DNA of 64,000 bases from Dehalococcoidia bacterium (GCA_025361145.1 JANYAV010000014.1:84741-148740); one strand, 5' to 3'. Shown: positions 18,311 to 27,884, counted from the first letter of the stretch. Numbers and translations are program-made. The notes: generated by a model not told the origin, from the letters alone.

Positions 18311-19033
18311 TTAAAGGCTTTGTATGGCGTTTTGCTGGATTTCGCAAAGTTGTTTAATTCCGCCAGAGGCTAACTCAATTAAGCCGTCTAGTGAGTTTTT
18401 TGAAAATGGTTTACCTTCCGCAGTCCCCTGCACTTCGACGAAATTACCCTGATCGGTCATAACCACATTAAAATCCACTTCAGCCTGGGAATCCTCGGCG
18501 TAACATAAGTCCAGCATATTATAACTGCGGATTATCCCAACGCTAACGGCTGCTACGGCATTTTTTAGGGGAATGGTAGTTATCATACCAGTGGATTTCA
18601 TATGTTTTAAAGCTTGATATAAAGCTACATATGCCCCTGTTATTGACGCAGTGCGAGTACCACCGTCAGCCTGGATAACGTCGCAATCTACAATCAATTG
18701 TCTTTCACCCAGCGCATCCATATCAGTTACCGCTCTTAAAGAGCGTCCTATCAAACGTTGAATCTCCTGGCTGCGGCCGTTTATCCTGCCGCCGGAGTCC
18801 CTTTGTGTGCGGTTCAGCGTAGCCCGTGGCAACATTGAATACTCAGCAGTCACCCAACCCTTGCCCGTGCCTTTCAAAAAGGGCGGCACACGTTCATCCA
18901 AACTCACTGTGCAGATGACATGAGTGTTCCCCATTTCTATTAACACGGAGCCTTCCGGATAGCTTAAATAACCAGGAGTTATTTTGATATTTCTGAGTTG
19001 ATTGAAACTACGGCCGTCGCCTCTTTTCACCAC
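18311..19033 (-). CDS. rph: ribonuclease PH
   Basis: 240 aa with the RNase PH pattern ([35 protein letters not shown]). Confidence 0.95.
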   Translation of the reverse strand: MVKRGDGRSFNQLRNIKITPGYLSYPEGSVLIEMGNTHVICTVSLDERVPPFLKGTGKGWVTAEYSMLPRATLNRTQRDSGGRINGRSQEIQRLIGRSLRAVTDMDALGERQLIVDCDVIQADGGTRTASITGAYVALYQALKHMKSTGMITTIPLKNAVAAVSVGIIRSYNMLDLCYAEDSQAEVDFNVVMTDQGNFVEVQGTAEGKPFSKNSLDGLIELASGGIKQLCEIQQNAIQSL

Positions 19034-19175
19034 GCTAAATGCTCCTTTTACATATTTATGCTTTCGCAGTATAACATATAAACTGAATTTCCTGAATCTA
19101 ATTCACTTGACAGCTATTCCAAATGCACATATGCTTTGTTAATAAGATTTGAATTTTTGATTTTCGAGGGGATTA

Positions 19176-19856
19176 ATGAACGAACGCTATGAGATAAACC
19201 AACTAGCTAAAGAGGATTCTTGGCGTTTATTCCGCATTATCGGCGAATTAGTTGAGGGTTTCGATCGCTTGTCTGGAATTGAACCAGCGGTCACTATTTA
19301 TGGATCTGCTAGATTACGCCCAGGCTCTGTTGATTATGAAAAAACTCGTGAGATAGCGTTTCTAATTGGCAAAGAAGGTTTTAATGTCATTACCGGCGGT
19401 GGACCCGGAGCTATGGAAGCTGCTAACCTGGGCGCTCACGAAGCCGGAGTGAAATCTGTGGGTTTAAATATTCAATTACCTGAGGAGCAGGTCTGTAATA
19501 CGTTCTCTAATGTTTCCATTAGTTTTAACCATTTCTTTGCCCGTAAAATTATGCTGGTCAAATACTCAACTGCGTTTATAATCATACCAGGTGGAATGGG
19601 AACATTGGACGAATTAACCGAGGTACTTACTCTCATCCAAACCCATAAGATTAAACCATTCCCAGTTATTTTGTACAATTCAGAATACTGGAAGGGCTTT
19701 CTGGACTGGCTTAAGGGACAAGGCCTGGCTAAAGACTATATCACTGAAGATGATCTTAATTTACTAAGAGTTAGCGATGATCCTAAGGAAATTGTGGATA
19801 TTATCAGAACCTGGTATTTGAGACAGGCCGTAATAGGAAGGCAGGCAATAAAATGA
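19176..19856 (+). CDS. TIGR00730/LOG-family Rossmann-fold nucleotide-binding protein
   Basis: The GGGPGAMEA and PGGMGTLDE motifs are present. Confidence 0.85.
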   Translation: MNERYEINQLAKEDSWRLFRIIGELVEGFDRLSGIEPAVTIYGSARLRPGSVDYEKTREIAFLIGKEGFNVITGGGPGAMEAANLGAHEAGVKSVGLNIQLPEEQVCNTFSNVSISFNHFFARKIMLVKYSTAFIIIPGGMGTLDELTEVLTLIQTHKIKPFPVILYNSEYWKGFLDWLKGQGLAKDYITEDDLNLLRVSDDPKEIVDIIRTWYLRQAVIGRQAIK

Positions 19857-21244
19857 TTAAAATAACCTTCACTGGCGCCGCGGGGAATGTTACCGGTTCC
19901 CGGCATTTAATAGAAACTGATAACCATAAGATCCTGCTGGATTGCGGACTTTTCCAAGGCCGCCGTAAAGATACCTATGAAAGAAACCTGAGTTTTCCTT
20001 TTGATCCAGCTTCAGTTAATTCTTTGATATTGTCACATGCTCATATTGATCATATCGGCAACGTGCCTAATCTGGTAAAAAAAGGCTTCAAAGGAGATAT
20101 CCATTGCACTTTAGCTACCGCCGATCTGCTTAACATAATGCTAATGGATTCGGCCAATATACAGGAAAGCGATATTCGTTTTGTTAATAAAATACGAGCA
20201 AAACACCACGAGCTGCCCGTGGAACCCCTGTATACCAAACAGGACATACCTCCAGTAGTCCAACTTCTGCAGGGCCACAGCTATAATCGTTATTTCAATA
20301 TGAACGGCAGTAGGGCTGTCTTCAAGGAAGCGGGACACATCATGGGTTCTGCCACAACAACAATAGAATTTAAAGATAATAATCGTATTTTAAAATTATG
20401 TTATACCGGGGATTTGGGACGGCCCAATTTACCCATAATAAGAGATCCTGCGCCGGTCACGGACTCTGATATCTTAATTATTGAAAGTACTTACGGCAAC
20501 CGACTTCACCGTGATATCCAGCAAGTAGCCGAAAGGCTGGCAGCCGTCATTAACGAAACCGTCTCACGGGGTGGAAAACTGATCATCCCTACGTTTGCTT
20601 TGGAACGCACCCAGGAAATTTTATATACTTTGCATTTGCTGCGCAATCAACATAAAATACCGGATATTCCAGTCTATGTAGACAGTCCACTAGCAACTAA
20701 CGCCACTGAAATATTTAGATTACACCCGGAATGTTTTGACGATGAAGTAAATCAAATGCTGCAGACGGAAAATGATCCTTTCGGTTTCTCTCATCTGCAT
20801 TTTACCCGCTCAGTTGAAGAATCTAAGATGTTAAACGCCATTGATCAACCCATTATTATTTTAGCAGGTTCAGGGATGGCGGAAAGTGGCCGCATACTTC
20901 ATCACCTTATTAATAATATTGGGAATCCATTAAATACTGTTCTAATAGTCGGATGGCAGTCTGAAAATACCCTGGGACGTAAAATACAAGACAAATACCC
21001 TCAGGTGCCCATCTTTGGTGAAATCTATAATCTCAAGAGCCAGGTAGAGGTAATGGGCGAATTCAGCGCTCATGCCGATCGCGACGACTTGATAAATTGG
21101 ATTATGCAGGGCAAAGAAAAGTGGCAAAAGGTTTTCCTGGTCCATGGAGAGCCTGAATCTTCGTCATCTCTAGCAGAAGCTCTCAGAAAAAATGGTATAA
21201 AAGAAGTTGTAATACCCAAACTTGGAGATAGTTTCGAGGTATAA
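19853..21244 (+). CDS. MBL-fold beta-CASP ribonuclease family protein
   Basis: 463 aa with HAHIDHIG and C-terminal beta-CASP motifs. It overlaps the preceding gene by 4 nt. Confidence 0.85.
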   Translation: MIKITFTGAAGNVTGSRHLIETDNHKILLDCGLFQGRRKDTYERNLSFPFDPASVNSLILSHAHIDHIGNVPNLVKKGFKGDIHCTLATADLLNIMLMDSANIQESDIRFVNKIRAKHHELPVEPLYTKQDIPPVVQLLQGHSYNRYFNMNGSRAVFKEAGHIMGSATTTIEFKDNNRILKLCYTGDLGRPNLPIIRDPAPVTDSDILIIESTYGNRLHRDIQQVAERLAAVINETVSRGGKLIIPTFALERTQEILYTLHLLRNQHKIPDIPVYVDSPLATNATEIFRLHPECFDDEVNQMLQTENDPFGFSHLHFTRSVEESKMLNAIDQPIIILAGSGMAESGRILHHLINNIGNPLNTVLIVGWQSENTLGRKIQDKYPQVPIFGEIYNLKSQVEVMGEFSAHADRDDLINWIMQGKEKWQKVFLVHGEPESSSSLAEALRKNGIKEVVIPKLGDSFEV

Positions 21245-21250
21245 CCAGCC

Positions 21251-21279
21251 TTGACCATGATAAAGCTTTCAAGTATAAT
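21251..21279 (+). promoter_or_regulatory. sigma70-type promoter for tRNA-Met
   Basis: TTGACC (21251-21256) is separated by a 17-nt spacer from TATAAT (21274-21279), about 60 nt upstream of the tRNA. Confidence 0.55.
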
Positions 21280-21340
21280 CAATTCGGTATTCAATCTTGG
21301 AATTTCTTTTTTCCCCAATCTTTAAACGTCTGCTTGAGAC

Positions 21341-21412
21341 GGGCTCGTAGCTCAGTGGTAGAGCCGGGGGCTCATAACCTCTTGGTCGCAGGTTCGATAC
21401 CTGCCGAGCCCA
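21341..21412 (+). tRNA. tRNA with CAT anticodon (elongator Met; Ile2-lysidine type not excluded)
   Basis: The acceptor stem is GGGCTCG/CGAGCCC, the D arm GCTCAGTGGTAGAGC, the anticodon loop CTCATAA, and the T arm GCAGGTTCGATACCTGC. A G1-C72 pair argues against an initiator. No CCA is encoded. Confidence 0.9.
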
Positions 21413-21536
21413 CTTCTTCCACAACAATTTGCCAATATTGCCGTGCCCTCTACGATTACGCGAGATTTTAGAGACATATATTCTTGTAAAACAATCTTAA
21501 ATAGTAAATTCAAAAACTAAATTATTAACAAGTCCA

Positions 21537-21565
21537 TTGACGCGCATTGGTTTGGGGTTTATTCT
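21537..21565 (+). promoter_or_regulatory. candidate promoter placing the TSS at or next to the aroK GTG (leaderless)
   Basis: TTGACG is separated by a 17-nt spacer from TATTCT, which ends 6 nt before the GTG at 21572. No SD is present. Confidence 0.35.
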
Positions 21566-21571
21566 AGAATT

Positions 21572-22075
21572 GTGAAAAGCGAATGCGTTGTCTTAATAGG
21601 AATGGCTGGAGCCGGGAAATCCACGGTTGGTGTGGTTCTGGCCAAAAAACTCGGTTATGCTTTCACCGACCTGGATCTTGATATCCGTAAAAATGACTTA
21701 CGTTCTATACAAGAAATTATTGATACTCGTGGAGAGGTCGCGCTTTTACAACTAGAAAAAGACCAGATGTATCAAATCGATCTTCATCGGAGGGTGGTTT
21801 CTCCAGGAGGTAGCATCATCTATCACCAGGATTTGATGAGCTATTTAAAAGAAAGGGCAACTCTGATTTATCTGGACGAAGAATACGCTACAATTGAGAA
21901 ACGGATTAAAAACGCCGCCGTTAGAGGAATTGTCGGATTAAAAAGCCACTCTTTAAAGGAAATATATGAAGAACGCCGACCTCTTTATGAACATTATGCA
22001 GATATGATCGTAAAATCGGGTGGTAGGGACTTAAAAAGACTTGTAAGAGAGATAATGCAAGCGATTAAGACTTAA
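21572..22075 (+). CDS. aroK: shikimate kinase
   Basis: 167 aa with the Walker A motif GMAGAGKST preceded by the strand CVVLI. The start codon is GTG. Confidence 0.85.
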   Translation: MKSECVVLIGMAGAGKSTVGVVLAKKLGYAFTDLDLDIRKNDLRSIQEIIDTRGEVALLQLEKDQMYQIDLHRRVVSPGGSIIYHQDLMSYLKERATLIYLDEEYATIEKRIKNAAVRGIVGLKSHSLKEIYEERRPLYEHYADMIVKSGGRDLKRLVREIMQAIKT

Positions 22076-22129
22076 GATACTTTGACGGCTTACAGGCTAA
22101 AGCGTAGAATGTAGGTTGCGTTATATGGA

Positions 22130-22555
22130 GTGATGTTTATGGATAGGGAAATGTATCCGGTTATTCTGCAAGAAATGGTCAACTCACTTAAAATATCTAA
22201 AGAAGAGCTTGAGGCAGACGTGCAGGACCTAACTGAATATTGGGAGACATGTCTGGACAAAGCCGATATTACAAATCGAGATACTGCTATCCTTATCTTG
22301 ACTACCTGTGTGTCGTGCTATCTGAAAGGTCGGGGGATAGATCTGGAGAATGATAAAGCTTTAGCGCAAAATAATAGTTTGTTACTAACTCTGGTGACCC
22401 TTATACCTCTTTATGCTTGGACGCGGCCTGTTGATAATTATCCCAAGATTCATGAGTTAATTCCGCATAAAAAGAATTCGAAACAAGAGACGGTCCATAA
22501 AAATAGTATTATTGCTCAAGCAGAAGACATATTGCGCGAAAAATGGCCAGAATAA
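22130..22555 (+). CDS. hypothetical protein
   Basis: 141-aa ORF with no motif I recognise. The start may instead be the ATG at 22139. Confidence 0.5.
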   Translation: MMFMDREMYPVILQEMVNSLKISKEELEADVQDLTEYWETCLDKADITNRDTAILILTTCVSCYLKGRGIDLENDKALAQNNSLLLTLVTLIPLYAWTRPVDNYPKIHELIPHKKNSKQETVHKNSIIAQAEDILREKWPE

Positions 22556-22688
22556 AACACTATTTTTAAGCTACAGATGACATAACATATATTGTGCGAA
22601 CTGTATTTTATTGAAATTAACCAATTTTCCATTGCATAACTTTCTCAATCGTAAAATCCCGACTAAAACGCAGTAAATAATGAATACG

Positions 22689-22955
22689 CTACTTCCGCAG
22701 CCGCTTCATTTCAAATACTACCGGATTATCTCCATCTGGACAGGTAACACGATAAATATCGGGATCTTTAGTCCAGGATAAAATACCACCGTTTCTGTAC
22801 ATGCGTAATTCTGGATAAAGAACGTTATAGGCCGCGGCGCAAATACCCCCGGGAGTTTTACCGTTAAAAGTCCAAGTGTCTCCAACTTTGTGTCCATGCC
22901 CGCATTCACCTTTTTGAGACACTACAGTAATTTGAACATTGTAAGAATCAGCCAT
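22689..22955 (-). CDS. TIGR04076-family small protein
   Basis: 88 aa. The segment ECGHGHKVGDTWTF...GGICAAAYNVLYP resembles the TIGR04076 family. It overlaps the hflX stop by 8 nt. Confidence 0.65.
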   Translation of the reverse strand: MADSYNVQITVVSQKGECGHGHKVGDTWTFNGKTPGGICAAAYNVLYPELRMYRNGGILSWTKDPDIYRVTCPDGDNPVVFEMKRLRK

Positions 22956-24117
22956 TCTCTTCTCCTAAATTAGAAATATAATCTATAGGTGCCGGCAGTT
23001 TCTCTGCGACAAGTTTAAACAGGCTATCGAATCCCCATTTCTTATGGGCAGAAATCAAAACTGTATCCGTTGCCGGTTCTCCGGATTGTGATATATAATA
23101 TTCGATTGCTTTATTTTGATTCCACATTTCTCCGCTGGGTAATAGAGCATCTATCTTGTTCATAACGATTACCCGAGGTTTGTCTTCCAGCTTCAAACTT
23201 TTTAGAATATCCTCAACTGTGTTGAATTGATCAAGTAAGTTGGAAGACGTTATGTCTACTATGTGTACCAGGATAGAGGCATCGGAAAGTTCTTCCAGAG
23301 TCGCTCTAAAGGCGGCTACTAGGGTCGTGGGCAATTTACGGATAAAACCGACTGTATCGGTTAATAACACCGATCGGCCATCAGGCAACCTGAGTCTGCG
23401 TGTGGTGGGATCGAGAGTGCTAAAAAGCTCGTTTTTAGCCAATACATCAGCTTTGCTTAATGCGTTTAGCAGCGTGCTTTTACCACTGTTAGTATAGCCG
23501 ACTAACGCTACGGTAGGTATACCGCTGCTGCGCCGGTTTTGCCGATATAATTCACGCTGCCGACTTATCTCGTCTATTTGCCTCTTTAATCGGGTTATCT
23601 TCTGGCGCATGATACGTTTATCAGTTTCCAATTGGGATTCGCCGGGTCCGCGTGTACCGATACCTCCACCTAAACGCTCAAGATGCTGCCATTTACCTAC
23701 CAGACGGGGTAAATTATATTCATATTGGGCCAGTTCCACCTGCAGTTTTCCTTCCCTGGTGTTTGCCCGCCTGGCGAAGATATCCAGAATAAGACCGATG
23801 CGATCTACAACTTTAGTCTCCAGATGGTCTTCCATTGCTTGCTGCTGTTGCGGCGAAAGTTCGTCATCCACGATCACACTTTCATAATTCAATTTCTCTT
23901 TCATATGCAGCAATTCATCCAGTTTGCCTTTGCCGATGTAATGCTGATGTGAAGGCGCATCCAGTCTTTGCGTTAATCTACCCACCACTTCCGCACCTGC
24001 CGACGCTGCCAAAGATGCTAATTCATTGATCGAGTCTTCTATTGACCATGCCTTATGGTTTCTGGTGCTTTCTACGGCTACCAGAATGACCTTTTCAGCG
24101 GTCTTGGCTATGTTAAT
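22948..24117 (-). CDS. hflX: GTPase HflX (start uncertain; the first canonical start, TTG 24012, truncates the N-domain)
   Basis: The G motifs GYTNSGKST, DTVGF and NKID are present, along with the HflX N-domain. The frame is open to 24171 with no ATG/GTG/TTG upstream of 24012. ATT at 24117 is proposed as the start. Confidence 0.88.
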   Translation of the reverse strand: MNIAKTAEKVILVAVESTRNHKAWSIEDSINELASLAASAGAEVVGRLTQRLDAPSHQHYIGKGKLDELLHMKEKLNYESVIVDDELSPQQQQAMEDHLETKVVDRIGLILDIFARRANTREGKLQVELAQYEYNLPRLVGKWQHLERLGGGIGTRGPGESQLETDKRIMRQKITRLKRQIDEISRQRELYRQNRRSSGIPTVALVGYTNSGKSTLLNALSKADVLAKNELFSTLDPTTRRLRLPDGRSVLLTDTVGFIRKLPTTLVAAFRATLEELSDASILVHIVDITSSNLLDQFNTVEDILKSLKLEDKPRVIVMNKIDALLPSGEMWNQNKAIEYYISQSGEPATDTVLISAHKKWGFDSLFKLVAEKLPAPIDYISNLGEENG

Positions 24118-24161
24118 AAAGCTGCCTTTAGGTATATAACACTCCGTTATGTAAATTATAT

Positions 24162-25331
24162 TTAGACTTTTTTACTTTTCCACTGAGCGAATTTGGCTAG
24201 TCCTTTATCCAGCATCTGATCGTTAATAGTAAGCGAAATGCGAAAGAACCCTTCACCCGTTGGCCCATATCCATTGCCGGGGGTGACTACAACGCCTACC
24301 TGCTCGAGAATGTCCTCGGCAAACTCTGCAGATTTGTAGCCCTGCGGGCAATGGGCCCAGATATACAGGCTTGCTTTGGGGATATTGGTCTGTATGCCCA
24401 TCTCTCTCAAGGTTTTAACCACTTTATCCCGGCGAGCCTGATAGATTCGGTTATGCTCAGCCACGCTATCCTGGGGGCCGTTAAGAGCCTTGATCGCCAT
24501 GTGTTGAATCGCCTGGGGAATGCCTGAGTCCATATTTGATTTGATCCTGCGCAATGCGTCTATTACATCTGGGTTGCCGACTGCCATACCAATACGCCAC
24601 CCTGTCATATTATAGCTTTTAGAGAGTGAATGGAACTCAATAGCTACATCCATCGCGCCTTTGGCTTGCATAAAGCTTACGGGTTTGTATCCATCAAAAG
24701 CCACCTCAGTGTAAGGACCGTCATGGCAAATAATAAGATCATGCTTCTTAGCAAAATCGACGGCATAATTAAAATAATCAAGTTCAGCGGTAGCACCGGT
24801 AGGATTATTAGGATAATTCAGCCAGAGGACCTTCGAGCGTTGTAATATACTAGCTGGAATTGAATCCAATTCAGGCAAAAATTTGTTTTTCTCATTCATA
24901 GGTAAATAGTAGGTCTCTCCGCCAGCCAGCATGGTGCCAATGGAGTAAACCGGATAGCCGGGATCAGGTACTAGTGCCACATCTCCCGGGTCAATTAAAC
25001 ATAGAGCGATATGAGCGATTCCTTCCTTGGCTCCGATTAATGAGACTACTTCCTTTTCTGAATCCAATTTGATGTCGAAACGCTTTTTATACCAATCAGC
25101 TACAGCTTTACGGTACTCCGGCAGACCTTCGGACTCAGGATAGCGGTGGTTAGCAGGATCATGAGCTGCCCTTACTAATTCTGCAATTATATGAGGTGGC
25201 GTGGAAAGATCCGGATCCCCTATCCCAAAGCTGATGACCTCTTCTCCCCGTGCTTTACGAGCAGCGATTTTTTTACTGATTTGAACAAAGAGATATGGAG
25301 GTAAACTTTGCACCCGTTTTGAAAATTTCAT
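24162..25331 (-). CDS. class I/II aminotransferase, LL-diaminopimelate aminotransferase (DapL)-like
   Basis: 389 aa with an N-terminus LPPYLF...GIGDPD typical of DapL and the PLP lysine motif SLSKSYNMTGWR. Confidence 0.75.
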   Translation of the reverse strand: MKFSKRVQSLPPYLFVQISKKIAARKARGEEVISFGIGDPDLSTPPHIIAELVRAAHDPANHRYPESEGLPEYRKAVADWYKKRFDIKLDSEKEVVSLIGAKEGIAHIALCLIDPGDVALVPDPGYPVYSIGTMLAGGETYYLPMNEKNKFLPELDSIPASILQRSKVLWLNYPNNPTGATAELDYFNYAVDFAKKHDLIICHDGPYTEVAFDGYKPVSFMQAKGAMDVAIEFHSLSKSYNMTGWRIGMAVGNPDVIDALRRIKSNMDSGIPQAIQHMAIKALNGPQDSVAEHNRIYQARRDKVVKTLREMGIQTNIPKASLYIWAHCPQGYKSAEFAEDILEQVGVVVTPGNGYGPTGEGFFRISLTINDQMLDKGLAKFAQWKSKKV

Positions 25332-25471
25332 ATTTACACCTTATTAAATATTTTTATACTAACTTTATGTTAACTATGATTGTTGTTGGCTAGGCTCTAT
25401 TTCTATGGCCAGCTTGATTGAAACAGGATAAATTTTACCATAATATACACTAAGCTAACGAGGTCTATTAT

Positions 25472-26401
25472 CTATAGCAACCAGTCATTGATCAACGCTT
25501 TAGCCTGTGTCTCTATATCCATCTGGATATCTAACCAGTGAATCCTATTATCTTTAAGCCTGAACCAGGCGTATTGGTGACGCACAAAACGATGACTGTC
25601 GTTTTTAATCAAATTGATAGTTTCGTTAAGAGAATTAATCCCTCTTAAATACATCCCCATCTGAGTGTAACCTATACTGTTCATGGCAGGCAAGTGAAAA
25701 TCGTAGCCTCTTTCTATCAAATTCCTGGTCTCAGTTTCCAGACCCAGCTTTATCATTTCCTCTACTCTGGCATTGATACGACTGTAAAGCTCTTTGCGTT
25801 CGGTGGTCAAGCCTATTATTAAAGCAGTAAATCCAGGATCAACTTTCTGTCTGAGCTGTGAGAAAGGCTGACCTGTTTGCAGGGTAACCTCTAGAGCCCG
25901 AACCACTCTACGTACATTGCGAGAGTCAATTTGCTCTCCTGATTGGGGGTCAAGTTCCTGTAATTGCTTGAAAAGAACTTCGACCCCTTGCTCTTTGGCT
26001 ATGGTTTCCAGCTTAAGGCGTAAATCCAAATCTGGCGGAACATGCGGTATTTGCCATCCTTCCAATACCGCCCAGATGTATTGACCACTACCGCCTACCA
26101 AGATTGGGAGCTTGCCTCTTTTATGGATATCATCAATGATTCGATAGGCCATTTGCTGATAATGAGCGAGCCCAAAATCCTCATCGGGGTTGATAATATC
26201 ATAAAGATAATGGGAGACAGCTTGATTCTCAGCTGTAGTAGGCTTGGCGGTGCCTATATCCATAAAACGGTAGACCTGGCGACTATCGCCGTTGACAATT
26301 TCGCCGTTATATTTTAAAGCAAGTTTAATAGCCAGCCGGCTTTTTCCCGTGCCAGTAGGCCCCACAATAACGATTAAGGGACGAGCTTCAGGAAGTATGA
26401 T
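25472..26401 (-). CDS. miaA: tRNA dimethylallyltransferase (start uncertain; non-canonical ATC/ATA proposed)
   Basis: The P-loop is GPTGTGKS. The only canonical start (GTG 26365) is the Val immediately before the P-loop. The upstream in-frame sequence IILPEARPLIVI has AGGAGA 3-6 nt upstream. Confidence 0.88.
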   Translation of the reverse strand: MILPEARPLIVIVGPTGTGKSRLAIKLALKYNGEIVNGDSRQVYRFMDIGTAKPTTAENQAVSHYLYDIINPDEDFGLAHYQQMAYRIIDDIHKRGKLPILVGGSGQYIWAVLEGWQIPHVPPDLDLRLKLETIAKEQGVEVLFKQLQELDPQSGEQIDSRNVRRVVRALEVTLQTGQPFSQLRQKVDPGFTALIIGLTTERKELYSRINARVEEMIKLGLETETRNLIERGYDFHLPAMNSIGYTQMGMYLRGINSLNETINLIKNDSHRFVRHQYAWFRLKDNRIHWLDIQMDIETQAKALINDWLL

Positions 26402-26413
26402 GTTTCTCCTGTA

Positions 26414-27178
26414 TTACCCTTTTAGGCAACACTCAGAGGTAATTTTTATTATAGAAGCAAAATCATTAGCTTTCAGACTGGCTCCGCCTACCAGAGCGCC
26501 GTCAATATCCGGCCGTATGACCAATTCTGCAATATTGCTGGGAGTCACGCTGCCTCCGTATAAAATTCGTGTTTCATAGGCTGCGTCCAAACCATATTTA
26601 TTTAAAATTAAGGAACGAATAAAAGCTATTGACTCCTCAGCCTGCTGCGCGGTAGCGGCTTTGCCAGTGCCGATGGCCCAAACCGGTTCGTAAGCTACGA
26701 CAAGTGAGTTAATCTGTCCAACTTCAGCAAGGGAAGTGTTCAACTGATCGGTTATTATTGCTTTGGTCTGTCCAGCTTCATATTGCTGCAAGTTTTCTCC
26801 TACGCAAAGAATAGGTTTCAGATTATGTTTAATGGCAGCTGTGATTTTTTTACTCAAGACGGGACCGCTCTCAGCAAAATACTGACGACGTTCGGAGTGG
26901 CCTATAATCACATACTCACATATTTCCTCAAGCATGACAGGCGATATTTCTCCCGTAAAAGCTCCTTTATCTTCGCAATACATATTTTGGGCACCTACTT
27001 TCAGATCACTGCCTGCTAGTTCATTGGCAACAGCCGCAAGAGAAATAAAAGGAGGACAAACCAGTTTCTCTACGGAAGGATAGTCTGCCGCAATTTTCCG
27101 TAATTCTTTTACAAGGTGGACTGCTTCTGGCAAAGTGGTATTCATTTTCCAGTTTCCGGCAATTAAAGGAATGCGCAT
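26414..27178 (-). CDS. tpiA: triose-phosphate isomerase
   Basis: 254 aa with IAGNWKMN, GHSERR and AYEPVWAIGTG. Confidence 0.95.
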   Translation of the reverse strand: MRIPLIAGNWKMNTTLPEAVHLVKELRKIAADYPSVEKLVCPPFISLAAVANELAGSDLKVGAQNMYCEDKGAFTGEISPVMLEEICEYVIIGHSERRQYFAESGPVLSKKITAAIKHNLKPILCVGENLQQYEAGQTKAIITDQLNTSLAEVGQINSLVVAYEPVWAIGTGKAATAQQAEESIAFIRSLILNKYGLDAAYETRILYGGSVTPSNIAELVIRPDIDGALVGGASLKANDFASIIKITSECCLKG

Positions 27179-27434
27179 GGGCTCCTCCTGGTGTTATTTG
27201 AACCTTATGTTTTTATTATAAATTGGGAAACCTGGTTGCTGCGATACTTGAGTCGCTCGCCTTGTAAGATCATTTATCTTGGCATGGGTTGCCTATTGAT
27301 TCTGGCAAACTATTTCTAGTGGATGGGAACACAACCTTCGCCTCCAGGAACAACATATTAAAAATGTTCCTACCTGATTAACAGGTTGCTTCAAGAGAAT
27401 ATTCTTCAGCATATACCTTAGACAGTGTTTTCAT

Positions 27435-27884
27435 TTAATTGCTGATATCTCTGGATCGTAATCTCTGGCTGAAAAATATGATGATGAGGGCATGACCTAC
27501 CACCACCAAAGCTATCGGCCACCAAACATTCGGGTTAAAGAGGAAAAGGGCACCTATCGCAATGAGAAATAGTCCCAGTATGGCCATTTTTAAGCGGAAT
27601 TCTCCTTTTGAAGGGCTGATATAGATTACCCAATACTCTATCAGAAAGACTATCAGAAGTAATACCAAAAAATATTGCCACCAATCATCCTTTAAGACTC
27701 CATAATGAGAAAAAAAGAATAGCACAGCCATAATATTCAAAATTGTGCCTGGAATAAAACCAGAAAATGTCGCCCAATGGCTATTTTGTTCATTCGTAGG
27801 TTCTGTATCTGGCTCAGGCTTAAAAGGTTTTGCTGATTCATTGGAAAATAGATTTGATGGACCGACCTTATTATCTTCCGGCAT
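27435..27884 (-). CDS. hypothetical membrane protein (4 predicted TM)
   Basis: 149-aa hydrophobic ORF with no recognised family. Confidence 0.6.
   Translation of the reverse strand: MPEDNKVGPSNLFSNESAKPFKPEPDTEPTNEQNSHWATFSGFIPGTILNIMAVLFFFSHYGVLKDDWWQYFLVLLLIVFLIEYWVIYISPSKGEFRLKMAILGLFLIAIGALFLFNPNVWWPIALVVVGHALIIIFFSQRLRSRDISN

Noticed and set aside
21341-21412. Initiator tRNA-fMet assignment for the CAT tRNA
   Set aside because: Position 1-72 is a normal G-C pair. The anticodon stem has G-C, G-C, G-U next to the loop instead of three G-C pairs. It is therefore called elongator Met. The Ile2/lysidine type cannot be excluded from sequence alone.
26396-26416. TpiA-MiaA fusion by stop-codon readthrough
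   Set aside because: The genes are in the same frame and separated by only 4-5 codons. However, the stop is TAA and a strong AGGAGA SD is correctly placed for independent initiation. Readthrough is therefore a much less economical explanation than a non-canonical start.
27179-27434. Possible structured RNA in the 256-bp spacer upstream of tpiA
   Set aside because: Several short hairpins are visible (AGGAACA…TGTTCCT, TTGCC…GGCAA, and the palindrome AGAATATTCT). I recognise no known RNA family motif, no terminator-like U tract and no conserved core. The evidence is insufficient to call a feature.
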